64,000 nt of DNA, from positions 2,542,001 through 2,606,000 of the forward strand of contig JBLDXI010000033.1 of the NCBI GenBank assembly GCA_047495785.1. Direction: 5' to 3'. Shown here one piece after another: positions 50,199 through 61,618 of the stretch. Position 1 is the first letter of the stretch; each line of letters opens with the position of its first letter. The notes beneath the pieces are model-generated. The model made no database searches. It had not been told where the DNA came from and was given only the letters and a program-made list of their open reading frames with translations. The translations under genes were made by a program, and so were the position numbers. The stretch is from Lepidodermella squamata. Lineage: Eukaryota > Animalia > Gastrotricha.

Positions 50199-50800
50199 TC
50201 AATACAGGTGTAGTTTGAAAGCCGGCAACGATCTTACTGCTGATCTTAATTGGTCCATGATAACGGACTGCAACCTCAAAGAACAGGCAATATAGCACCA
50301 AAGTGGCATAAGTAGAAATTGCTTACTAACTGTTAACGTTCCAAGAGACTTGCCGTCAACTCCTTTTGTTATAATATTCAAATACTGGAACAGGCAGAAA
50401 GTTGCCGTCATTTTCTTGGATTTTGTTGCTGCGTGAATTAATTGTTTTACTACTTGAATTACAACTTCCCCTGTCAACATACTTCCACACTAAAAATTGC
50501 CGCTGCCTCAAGCCAGATAATTTCGCACGCGTTCCAGTGAATTTCCGATTCTGTTATTGCTGTGTTCATCGTGTTACGAACCGAATGATGACGTTTTCCC
50601 GACGATCACGGTGACATTCTGAATGTTTTCATCCGACGCCATGTTTTCACGCTCGAACATTCGTATTACCCACATCATCCAGCAGCAATGCTTTCAGCAC
50701 TTCAGCGGTGATTCCTGGCTATTGATGACGACCGAAGTGATCCGTAGAAGCAGGTTGATTAACAAAGTACATTGCAGCGACAACTGCACCAACGGTTATG
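50199..50800 (-). pseudogene. Possible degenerate coding remnant (Smr-like)
   Basis: One minus-strand frame reads protein-like across several stops: '..NVTVIVGK..S*..LERVRNYLA*..F*..TGEVVIQV..'. Confidence 0.25.
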
Positions 50801-51665
50801 TCATGATGCACACATCACTAGCCTAGTTGAATGTTTGCAATAACAACAACTACAATAGTCAACTATTTTAACCCGGATATTTTACTTTTTGTTCACTTTG
50901 TTTCAGTTTCAAACATAAAACCAACAGTTAGGGTCTCGATGATACTTTTAAAATTCTAGTTTATTTTCTTCTAACCATCTCTTCGGCTAAATGAAAGTCA
51001 CACTAGACGTGCATTCAACTTTTTACATTAGAAGTTGCTTTGAACACTGGGTCACAAACATTTTGTGTTTAATGCGCAGAAAGGTAGATATATATATATA
51101 TGTATCATCATCGGTAAAAAGACATTTCCGCGGCATCTTCGACTGGTCGTTCAATAAAGAACTAGACTGAACGAAAGTAAAGACACTCCTCGGTGCATCT
51201 CAGCGATACGCCATTGGGCAGTGGAGAAATCCTTAATACAAATGATCATGTCAATTTCATTTCAGAATATTCCAATGTAATCAATGGCATTTGATGGGTT
51301 TGACCGAGAAATTAGCAAGAATAAGTGATCAAGGATTTCAGGAAAATGGGGCATTTATCATACGCTAAGAAGCGTCTTGCTAATAAGAATATAGTAAGAG
51401 CATTTGAACATGGCCTTAATATTAATTACGTCATCACGACCTACAAAAGAACCGATGGTAAAATTCAATCAGTTGCGCAACAGCAGAAGAGGGAGAAAAC
51501 CGAACACAGCTGTTGGCAGTTTTAACTTTTCATATATTTATAGATTTTATCACGAGCCTATTATTTATAACAAAAAGGTTGCGCTGTAGCGTCCTCCTCA
51601 ATACACATTTAACCATTAATTTCATGCTAGGCCCATGTAGCCGAGTCCTTAAGACAGTTTTGTAC

Positions 51666-52171
51666 TTATTTGGGAGTGTAATCGGGGGTCTTCAACTCGA
51701 CGAGCTTGAACCAATATCCACATTCGCATCTCTTCGGAACGCCCCGATGAAGAGTCATCCAGTTGATATGATGTTGCTCGTCGTGGCAGATGCAACCAAC
51801 GTTGCGTGATTCGAAGGTGGATGGGACAAGACTAGGTTCCGCAAATGATCCCTTTCCCCGCTTTTGAACCGTCAATTGGTAAGGATCAGTGTCACCGGCC
51901 ATTTTAGCAAGTAATTCCCATCGTTCGTTACCAACAGAGTGTCCAAGTTGATCAGGAACCGTTACGTTATCCGACGCTGCAGGCAAAGATATGACATGAC
52001 GTGGAAGTAACTAGTAATGATTTATTATTGCTTACCGACTTTGCCCTTATGAGAATCGAACTGCTTGTGTTCGTGATGACCCGCTAGCAAGCTAGATGAC
52101 GAAATGAAACGGGATTGGCGGATGATTCCGGACAAGCGACGTGAAATCGAAGACGCAACAAACAGCGACAT
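51666..52171 (-). CDS. COX5B: Cytochrome c oxidase subunit 5B, 2 exons
   Basis: Mitochondrial presequence, 'HSVGNERWEL', 'G..DPY' and 'VPS..ESRNVGCIC...W..LH.G.PKRCECGYWFKL'. Confidence 0.95.
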
Positions 52172-53829
52172 TTTGATTTTAGATATAAGTAATACTACTA
52201 TATAGCATGTACTATTAGTCATAATAATATGAGGGATTAAAAAACGTTTACGTATATTGCTAAGGTTGATCAAATATACAGTCAAATAGGGTGGTAAAAT
52301 TTTAAATTACCTTCCACATTCCACAACAACTGGCTTATACCAAGTGGGGCTATTCTCTATTGGCCGAGTAAGGTTATTATTAATAGCTAGTTTTAAATAA
52401 GCTCTTATAAGCACGCAAGGGCAACTAAGGAAACTTTTTTTCGAAGAAAGAGCTTTAGTTGGGATAGCATAGTTGATTTAGCATGATAGGATGATAATAC
52501 GAAGCCATAGTTTGGTCATACATATAAACTATTAGTGTCGTAAAACACAGGGCGAATTATTCATCAATGCCATTTCCCCTATTTTACCAGAGCTATTCTG
52601 GAAATGACAGGCACGGTCTACCCTAAGTATATAAAAACATTTGAGGTATGCAAGCGATACCAGGAGATATGATATGAACTTCCTAACCATAAACACCAGA
52701 CATTAAATCAAAGCTGGCATTGTTAAACTTTCATATCAACCTTTAACCTTTATATCGCTCGATATCCTATCAGTCAATACAGTTGTCCCGCCCCACGGAA
52801 CAACGGAAAAATTGTCATGCCAATTCCTGTACGAACTTGTACGCTTTCCCGCTTCCATACATCATACATTCTAAGGAAATTCACCCTATATTTTGAAAAA
52901 CTCGACATCATAACATAAACTTAGCTCTCGACTACCAGAGTGTTAAGGATCACTAGCTCTTTCCCGCACATGAAGGGGCCAAACCGCAGACGGCAGACGG
53001 CTTCCTCCAACGTCCGCCAACTGAGTCCTCCAACGTTAGGCTTTCAGTGTTGATGAAGAAAATAAAATTAGTGCAGCAAGGTCAAATGTCAAGATCATTT
53101 AATAGCATATTGAGCCTCAAGCCTCAAAAGATCGGCATGATTACTCAAAAACAGATAGTTATCGGAAAAATTCCAATAAAATTATTCCCATTTCTAGCCA
53201 GCAGATTTTGGATAAATATTCAGCAATCAGTCATATTCGAATTTCGGAGAGGAATAAAATCAAACCTAGATTTTCAATCAGAGCTAAAAACGAAAACTAA
53301 AAGTATGACGTGCGCCATCAGGTGATTATCCGAATCTAGGCCACGAGGATACACAAGCAACAAACTGCCAGGAACGGCGCCAACCAACCCATCTGCCGGC
53401 GCACGTTTTCCCCCTTCCATTTTGGCCCGCCGCCGTCGCAGTAACCAAATTTAAATGTTCACAGATAATAAATTTAATGATATCACAGGTGGATTTTTAT
53501 TTTTTCTCAACGTCTAACAACATTTAAAGAATTTAAAAAATGAAAAGCGCGGGTGTTTCGTCTTGAAGTTGAAGTGTCGCGAGAGTCGTGAGAGTCGTTG
53601 TTTTTCGCAAACTCGCAGCGATCCCCCGAGTTGGGGCCCTCCCGACTAATAAACAAACAGGGGGCTCCAGGGAAAGTGTTAGATGTTACTAGACTGGGAG
53701 TAGACGGGTAAAAATATGTGCTTTTACCGAAGCCGAAAGCCTTACCTATCGAGCTTCTAACACACGGCAATATTTGGCTCTTGTTGAAAAAATGCATACC
53801 GTCAAGCTTGTCTTGCAAATCTGACTTAG

Positions 53830-54015
53830 GAAAGCTCCCGACCTATTCATCGCTCGCAAGAAAATAAGCTGTATAACAAACTCACTGGAACGTTTGTCTT
53901 CTGACGAAAATAAGCTACCACCCCGATGGATGGAAGACCGCCTCTGTGTGAACCGTGAATCCAACGAGTTCATGGATGCTTAATGCATACATACATACTT
54001 ACATACAGCCATACT
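53830..54015 (+). mobile_element. Possible 3' remnant of a non-LTR retrotransposon with (CATA)n tail
   Basis: A short frame ending '...KLPPRWMED...' (reminiscent of RTE-clade C-termini) followed by CATACATACATACTTACATAC. Confidence 0.3.
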
Positions 54016-54150
54016 TCGTCAGTATTTCTATAGACACCGATAAGAGAGAGCTTCTGAGCCTAGTTCATCTTCTTTTGCATACATGATGTTTTTCTTTAGA
54101 GCCTATTTGATATTTATCATATATACGAGTTCCTTGATTACCGATTAGCA

Positions 54151-57022
54151 ATGTCTGTTTGCAGCGTCGGCTCGATTGCTAGCAACAGACAGGGTGCACA
54201 ATCTAGAGGCTCAGTGCCATCTGTACCTGATTTGATTCGTGACCTGATTCGTCAGATGTACGTCGATGCCGACGCTAGCACTCTGAGAGATGCGAATATT
54301 AAAGCTATTCGGCTGATAACTTGCTAGTGAGTAAATTATTTTCATCTTTTGAATTTCATTTTGAACGTTGATTTAGCGATTCTGCCAGCGCCAATTACGA
54401 TGAAACAGCGATAGTCAACAAAATTGCAAGATACCGTGAGTCGTGTTAGTCACAGATAACGTTGTTTTAATTGCGTTCATTGCAGTGGCCTCGCAGCCAA
54501 AAGGTGATGTTGGCGCTGTTAGCCGAGCCCAGACGATTGCAGCTCAGCTGATACATCTAAATGTTACGAAATGCCCTGCTGCCTTGTTCGCTTTCTTATT
54601 TTCGCTTCGGGGCCGAGAAAATGTGGTTGCCGGCAACGCCAACCTACTTCCAAGTTCTGATCTATTGCTTTCCACCGCTCAAACTCTTCACTCAGCTTCA
54701 TGTCATGACTTGAGCACTCTTCAGAAGTCGACAAAGTCACTTGTTCCTGCTGGTAATAGGTTTTCGACTGGAGCCACACAGCAGGACCCGACGTCTTTCA
54801 TGACACCTGGAGCTAGTGGTCGCGTGCTTCTGTCAATTGTTCAAGGAATCTCAGTCGCCACGACTGCTGCTGGAATTACCCTACCTCATCCCGCCGATGA
54901 TTTGGCGGAGCAGCAGCGACAGACCAAACAAAATCGCCGCTTGAACCGTTTGGCTGGCATCGGGTGGCTATGCGGTCGATTGAGGTTGATTTCTGACCAA
55001 TTGCGATCACATGCACCTACAGCAGTTGCAAGAAGCGGGCCTAATCCAAACGCCCTGCCTCAATTGCATCAATTGATCGCGGCGGCGATTGCAACCGCAG
55101 CTGATATGCATTTGGCAGATTACACCCGTCTTCTCGCAACAATTGAAAGTCGATGCTCATCGGCAGCAATGACTTCATCAACTGGGAGCCTCCCTAGTGA
55201 AGGAGGGCTAACCGCGTTGACAGCTTTGCGACTAGAAACGCAATTATTTGCCGCTGGGCATCAGTTACGTTTACTAACAGGAGCGTGCGAGACTATTGCC
55301 GGGATTTTAAGCAGATCACTTCCAAACGCTTCCGCCGCTTTTCTCACATATTTGTACCAGCTTTACACTAGCTCTTCAGATGAAGAATTAAAACAGTGCG
55401 GTGGATCTTTGCTCGTAGCAGCTTGCCGCCCTTTCTACCGTTGTATTAACGCATGGTTGAGCGATGGCCGTGTTGCATTCGGTGACTTCTTCATTTACTG
55501 TGACCCTAACGTTGGACTTGAACGTTTCTGGGCTGATCGCTTCCAGTTGCGGAAAGATGCTCTACCTGTCTTTGTTTCTGAGTCATTAGCTGCGAAAATG
55601 CTTCTTATCGGGAAAGCAATTCATTATGCCACAACTATTTCAGCCGCAGCTATGGAGTCTGGCAGTGATGGGGAGGTGGTGCCCAACGTCGCAGCGCTTG
55701 CCATGACTACAACTGGCGAATACGCAGCTGGCGTCGCGGCTGCGACGGGCTTAGCGTTCCCCAGTGCCGATAGCTTATTAACCGATATTGATTCTGGTAA
55801 ACTTGCCACAGGGCGTAGCAGTTTGTTTTGCTACGTCGACGCTGTGTATCGCCAGCTAGCGCGCGATTTGTTGGCTGTTGTTATCGGAAGTGGCAGTCGT
55901 CTCGCTCACAACCTCGTCGCGATTCGAGCGTTTCTGCTCATGGCTCGTGGCGATTTCGCCGCTAGGCTCGTCGACCTGGCCGCCCCTATCCTGGACCAGC
56001 CCGCGGAGAGGGTTTTCGTACCTGGCCTGCGCAACAACGTTTTGGACGCTGCTCTTCGATCGACAATCGTCGAGCCGTGTCCCAATTCTCTTCTGGCTAA
56101 GCAGGCCGACCGAGTAGATTGCCGGCTGTTACAAGCTAGTCCTCGTGATTGCGGCTGGGATGTCTTCCGTCTTGAATGGCGCATTGACCCGCGTTTGGCC
56201 CCGGTACTATCTCCAGATACCATGATGTCCTACGCTAGGTTATCGGCTCTTTTGGTCTCCATGCGACATAGTCACTTCGCTCTAACCTCTGTTTGGATCA
56301 ACTGCCGTCGGCAAGAGCCGCGCATCCACAGCAGACCAAGCAGTTTCGGCAAGAAAGGGCAGAAACCGCCTGCCCCTGTCGCTGAGCCCGAACCAGTTGA
56401 TCCTGAGCTGACGAAACTTCGCCACAGTGTTTTCGTGCAGTTGCACGCAACTGCGCTCGAACTGCGAACCTTCGTCGATCAACTGCATTATTACGTGTAC
56501 CTGGAAGTTATCGAACCAGCCTTCACAAAATTTCGCCGTTATTGCGCTTCTGAAGATGCCGGGATCGATTTGGACGGCGTGATCGCTGAGCACAAACAAC
56601 TTGTCGATTCTCTGCTCATTCGCTGTTTGCTGCAGCCACAACCTTTCGCGAGTAGCACTGAAACGTCATCAGCTGATCTTCTGGACCACTTGCGGAACAT
56701 TTTGCAGCACTGTCACACGCTGGCTGCGATATCAGTTGAAACGACGTCGGCTACCGCGGCGACAAGCTCTGTCCAGTTCTATCGCAGTCTTTCGGCCAAA
56801 ATCGCATTGTGTCAACGAACTGCTAGAGTAAGCCTTCATTTTAGCTAAAAAAAAATGTCTTGTAAATGAGATTCTTTTTTTTAGGAACACGTGAAAGCCT
56901 TGCTTGCCGCTCTATCCGTTCGCCGAGACCCAGCACAACGTTGCCTGGCGTTCCGAATCGACTCGAGTGGTTTCTATTCCCGCCGACCTACCTCGGCCTC
57001 AACGACTGCTGGTCAAATTTGA
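54151..57022 (+). CDS. TUBGCP3: Gamma-tubulin complex component 3 (divergent)
   Basis: GRIP1/GRIP2 motifs: 'GWL', 'PFY..I..WL.DG', 'DFFI', 'LP.FV..SLA.K.LLIGKAI', 'FLLMARGDF', 'GWDVF.LEW', 'FVDQL.YY..EVIE' and terminal 'LAFRID..GFY'. Three short introns. Confidence 0.85.
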
Positions 57023-57252
57023 GAATCTCCACCAACTTATTTGCCAACGTTTTAATTTTTTTGCACGCAATTTGTGATTTTGCTTTCTTTCTTGCCGGCT
57101 GCAAAGCTGCGTTTTTATACTTGAACAAAAGTCTTGTATTGCACGCATGTTTCTCTTTCTCATGATATTATTCGCGATTGAGTAAAAACGACTTTTCAAA
57201 TGGTCTTAACACAATTCTGTCGATATTTAGGCGTTTGTTATTAAGCCGGAGA

Positions 57253-57858
57253 ATGTTTCGAACTTCGGTGATGATGTGGCGGGTTAACAAAGCGACACGG
57301 TTCGGTCGTCGCCAATCAAAATATTTTCTGCGTCAACAAATTTTTCGAATGAGTCAGGTTTAATTGGCTATATTAAGGTTGATCCATTTCCTGACCAGTC
57401 TTTCCCGTAGTTTTACTATGGCAGGGCTCGAAATTGCTGGACGGTTGCGTTGCGGAGTGTGCAGCATGCTTTGAAGAATACCATGAAAGGGCGGGCAATC
57501 AAAAAAGAAACTCACCGAAATGTAATGAAACTGTCCTGTCTAAATGCGTAAATTGATTTTATCTTGAAAATAGCTGTGGATCATGAGGACAACGGCTGCG
57601 GCTGAAAACCACGGCATCACCTACGATATGATGCGCGATGGCTTGGAGGAAACTGGCGTAGAGCTGAATAACCAAATGCTTTCTTTGTTGGCGATTTACG
57701 AGCCGCGATCCTTCCAATCTTTGGCTGAAGTCGCAAAGCGTGCTCAAATGGAACGGGGAATAACAGTTGCCGGGCTCACCCCGCCCGAAGGTGTAATTGT
57801 CAGGGGTCATCTCATCGACGACCTCGCGAATGATTTTTCGAAGCTCAGTAATAATTGA
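57253..57858 (+). CDS. MRPL20: Mitochondrial ribosomal protein bL20m, 3 exons
   Basis: 'FYYGRARNCW.VALRSV..AL', 'LWIMR..AAA..HG..Y' and 'LNNQMLS.LAIYEPRSFQSL'. Confidence 0.93.
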
Positions 57859-58467
57859 AACATGAAGAAAAATATTATAGTCAAATAAAAAACGTCGCCG
57901 ATTTGTTAAACTCGTGGTTTATTTCAGTTGAAATTGCAAATATATAAGAAACTAGTCATAATTTCAAGTAACGCTGCGCTGTAATAATGGTCTTCCCGGT
58001 GTGCCGAGTTCAATGACAGACATGACTGAATCAAACGAAACGAATCCATTAGTAGAAACATTTCTCATCTTTTCGTTTTACAGCACGTAAACATGCAAGG
58101 AATACATTTTTTTCCAGACGTTCATTTTCATTATTTGAGGAAAACGTCATGCGGAAAAATCGAACAAAATCGATTTTCAGCAATACCATCAATTATTGTT
58201 AGCAGAATATAACGAAACCATAGGTATTTGAAGCTAGCTATCGAGCGATAACGTGAAGAAAAATTATCACCAGTCGCGCGACACAAACCTTTTTTCGCTG
58301 GGCAGAGTATATCGATGCTTTTACGGCTAATATTCAGTAAAAATAGCTAAATAATGCACTACGCCAACATTTTGCACATTTACTGTATTAAGGACATCAG
58401 ATTCTGATCAACAACACAGCGCAGATGTTTGTAATTGTCAGCAAACAGAAATACAAAAAACAACAGT

Positions 58468-60756
58468 CTAATTGCGATCAACGCTGAGAATTACCGATCC
58501 AAGTTCCGAGTTGATTCGAGTAACCTTGATTTTTTCTTTGCACTTGAGCAACGCTTCAACGTAGGCAGCTTCGGCTTTGTTGTACAGAGCGAGGTCGAAC
58601 TGGGCGTTCTCGCCAGTCTCGATAACGCTGTCGATGTCAGCACTTATCGACTTGCGGAAAGACAGTGGTACCGCATTCTCGATATCATGCGGAATCTTCT
58701 TAGTGACCTGGATGACAAAAGAATCGATGTATCAGACAATAAGACATTCGTGCTTGTAATATAGGGCGATTCAGGACTGGTGAGACATTACGTAATTTCT
58801 TAGCAAGAAGAGGGAGCAGGGTTTTTGCATGTCTTACATCGGTCTTGACCTACTTCACATGTTTATTTACAAATTGAGGCTTCCTGCCTGGACCGACTAG
58901 TTTCACGAATGTTTTAAAAAATAATTTTCTCTACGAAACATCGTTGTGGCTCTCATCGAAATGAGAATCATTTTAAAAAGAAAGACTTCTTTCGCACGAA
59001 AAAATGATTATTGACCGTGTGACCCGGGATCCTCCAAAGTACCCAAAAAAGGTTATAAGAAAAAAGGCTAGGCCTATCGGCGATCTTCGGGTCTATTGGC
59101 TCAGATGGTCTACTAGACTACAAAGGCTAATAAATTTACTCCAACAGATATTATTCAGTTTTGGACAATACTAAGTATCATTATTTGACCACTTTTTAGG
59201 CGGGAAACTGCTCGTTTAGATAACTAAAATGAGACGCGGACGATTCAAAAGATCATTTTCGCACGCATGGTGAAAATAGCGCGAAAAATGGAGTAAGCAC
59301 GCTGAATTTTGCAGAAAAATTGTCTTTTGAATCGCCCGCGTCTCATTTGAATGAGCCAATTGGAGATGGAGATGAGACATGATGCATCATGTGGAAATCA
59401 CCCGTTAAATCACGGGAATTCGATCTTTTTTTTACCTTTTTATCGACGCCAACCATTCTCTCCAAGATTTCCTTCTCACGCTTCTTCTGCGCACGAAAGT
59501 CATCATCGAGGGCACGCAACTCCGCTCCGATCTCCGCGCTGCTCGGGTTCAATTTCGCCGCTTTCAACAAGCAATCGCGGCTCTCATCCAGGCGGCAGAG
59601 TCGACGTAACGCAAAACCAGCCCAATACCAGGCTTTCGCGTTACTTTCGTCGAAATTCGTTGCACTGATGGCATTCTCGTAAACGTCTTCGAAGTTTCGA
59701 TACTCCTCAGGCTCCTTCTCCTCGATTCTATACGTCGTTAGGGCCAAATTACAGAACAACTGACAGCCAATGAGTTAATCGCGAAGGGACAAAATTGGCA
59801 ATGAACTCACCTTTGACAACATCTTCTTCTTCGACAGCACGTCGTTTTCCGGCAAAATTCGCGATTCAACAAGCAGTTTCGCAGCACGCTCATAGGCTTT
59901 CTTGGCCTGCGCGAATCGATTGGACGTGAAAGCGTCACGGCCAATTTGACGCTGAGAATCAGCAGCTTGCAGGACGTCCGAAAATGGCAGTTTGATGCGA
60001 TCTTCCGGGGTCAGCTCGAAAATATCGTTGACATGATCGGCAGCCGGAATCACGTTCAGCACTTCAATTTTCCATAGGAGCCACTCCTTCCCGCTAATCT
60101 TCAATCAAAAATAATATAAGGCATAATAAATTTAAGGCATTCCCCGGAAGTACCTCAGGCCAGTGTTTTTCGGCACGAGTGCCGTTTTCTCCATACGAGA
60201 ATTCAGGACACGTCAGAAAAAAGGCGGTTTCGCCTTTCTTCATTGACATAAGCGCTAAGTCGAGTCCGATGAAAACAGCTCCAGGGCCTGTGATCTGGTG
60301 TTCGATCGGTTTCCGCTCAAAATATGAAGACGAAAATGGCTCCAGATTCCCATTTTGCCAACCCGAATAGTTGAAGCGGACATAATCCGTTTCGTAAATG
60401 GGGCACTCGTCATATCCCTTCACCGTGACTAGCTTCAACAGGCCCCCTTCACTGGTGACGGGCGTCATTTTCTTAGGTAGGCCTTCGAAGTGATCAACGG
60501 GAGGTTTTACCACCACGCTATCACTCGCCGAATTATCGGTGGTCGGCGCTGCTTCGACGCTGGCTGCATGTAGGACTTTATCGAGGGAAACTCGCTCTTT
60601 CACCTCCGACATAGCTTTCTCGTCCATTACTTCATCTTCAACGTCCACCTTGTGCAGATGGCGCAGACGGCGGGCGAGCGGGTTATTTTCGTCGAACTCG
60701 GTGTCAATAACCGTCCCTCGGTCAAGATCGCTTAAAGACACACTCACGGGATTCAT
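58468..60756 (-). CDS. FKBP6: FKBP6/shutdown-like co-chaperone (FKBP + TPR), 4 exons
   Basis: Degenerate FKBP domain ('GGLLK...G', 'GLDLALMSMKKGE.A.F...PEFSYGE.G'), TPRs ('FCNLAL', 'AKAWYWAG') and 'KKREKE'. The last exon 58709-58468 is joined via an AAG|GTAAAA donor. Confidence 0.8.
59227..59348. repeat. 26-bp inverted repeat (small MITE/hairpin) in FKBP6 intron 3
   Basis: AAATGAGACGCGGACGATTCAAAAGA versus TCTTTTGAATCGCCCGCGTCTCATTT (one mismatch). Confidence 0.75.
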
Positions 60757-61618
60757 CTAAAAACATGTTACGAATTCGTTAAAAACGACAAACACCTTCA
60801 ACTGTTCGCGGAGTTTTACTTCAATTACAAAGGTTTCGTTTCAATAACAAGGTAAACAATGATTTCAATCTTCATTCAACTTGTTACAAAGTACATTAAA
60901 CTCCCATCAGTCAGCATTCTCTTGCCATGCACAACTTGAGAAGCGAATAAAATGTAAATATGTGAGCCGTTTTAGTCGGGAGAAGAAGGCTGAGCAGGTT
61001 CGATGTTTGCGTGATAAAACTGGTAACTAGGAGATACATATCTCAGTGGTCCGCGGTAAAAAAGCAGTCTGGGAATTTTAATTATGCTTTCCGAAAAAAA
61101 ACTGGCAAGATATAAATAGAAGTAATACAAATGATGAATAAAGCACTAAAATTCGTTAAATTGGAGGCAGTGGCGGCATGTTCAAGTAATAGAAACAAAT
61201 AGAAAAGGCAAAAAGAGAAATAATCAGCGCAAGCATCAGCAGTCAAATAATAAGCATATTTTTGTACCCATGAAATTATATTACATCAGCAATTGCATCA
61301 AATTGACTCAAGTCACACGAAACCCAAGTTTTACCCGCGAGAAAAGGCAAAATAATATCGAGAATAAAGTAAAAAATTAAAGTTACCTTGCACACATTTC
61401 GTTTCAAGTCTCAGCAGAGTAGTATCAGTTGAATAGGTAATAAATAATAAATCGATAAATCGCAGAAATATCATTTCTATAGGTCATGATCAAGTGAATT
61501 CGATATCATTCGATGAGCACCCAGCGCTTTTAAAGCGCAGCCGAGAATCCATAGGTAATATTTTTCCGAACCACAACAACAATATACATATGAGTCATTC
61601 AAAGTCATTCATACTGAA

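Noticed and set aside
52332-52344. GGCTTATACCAAG, loosely similar to a rotifer spliced leader
   Set aside because: Too short and gapped; no convincing donor + Sm-site SL RNA structure.
58435-58764. 109-aa plus-strand ORF
   Set aside because: Antisense to the inferred last FKBP6 exon.
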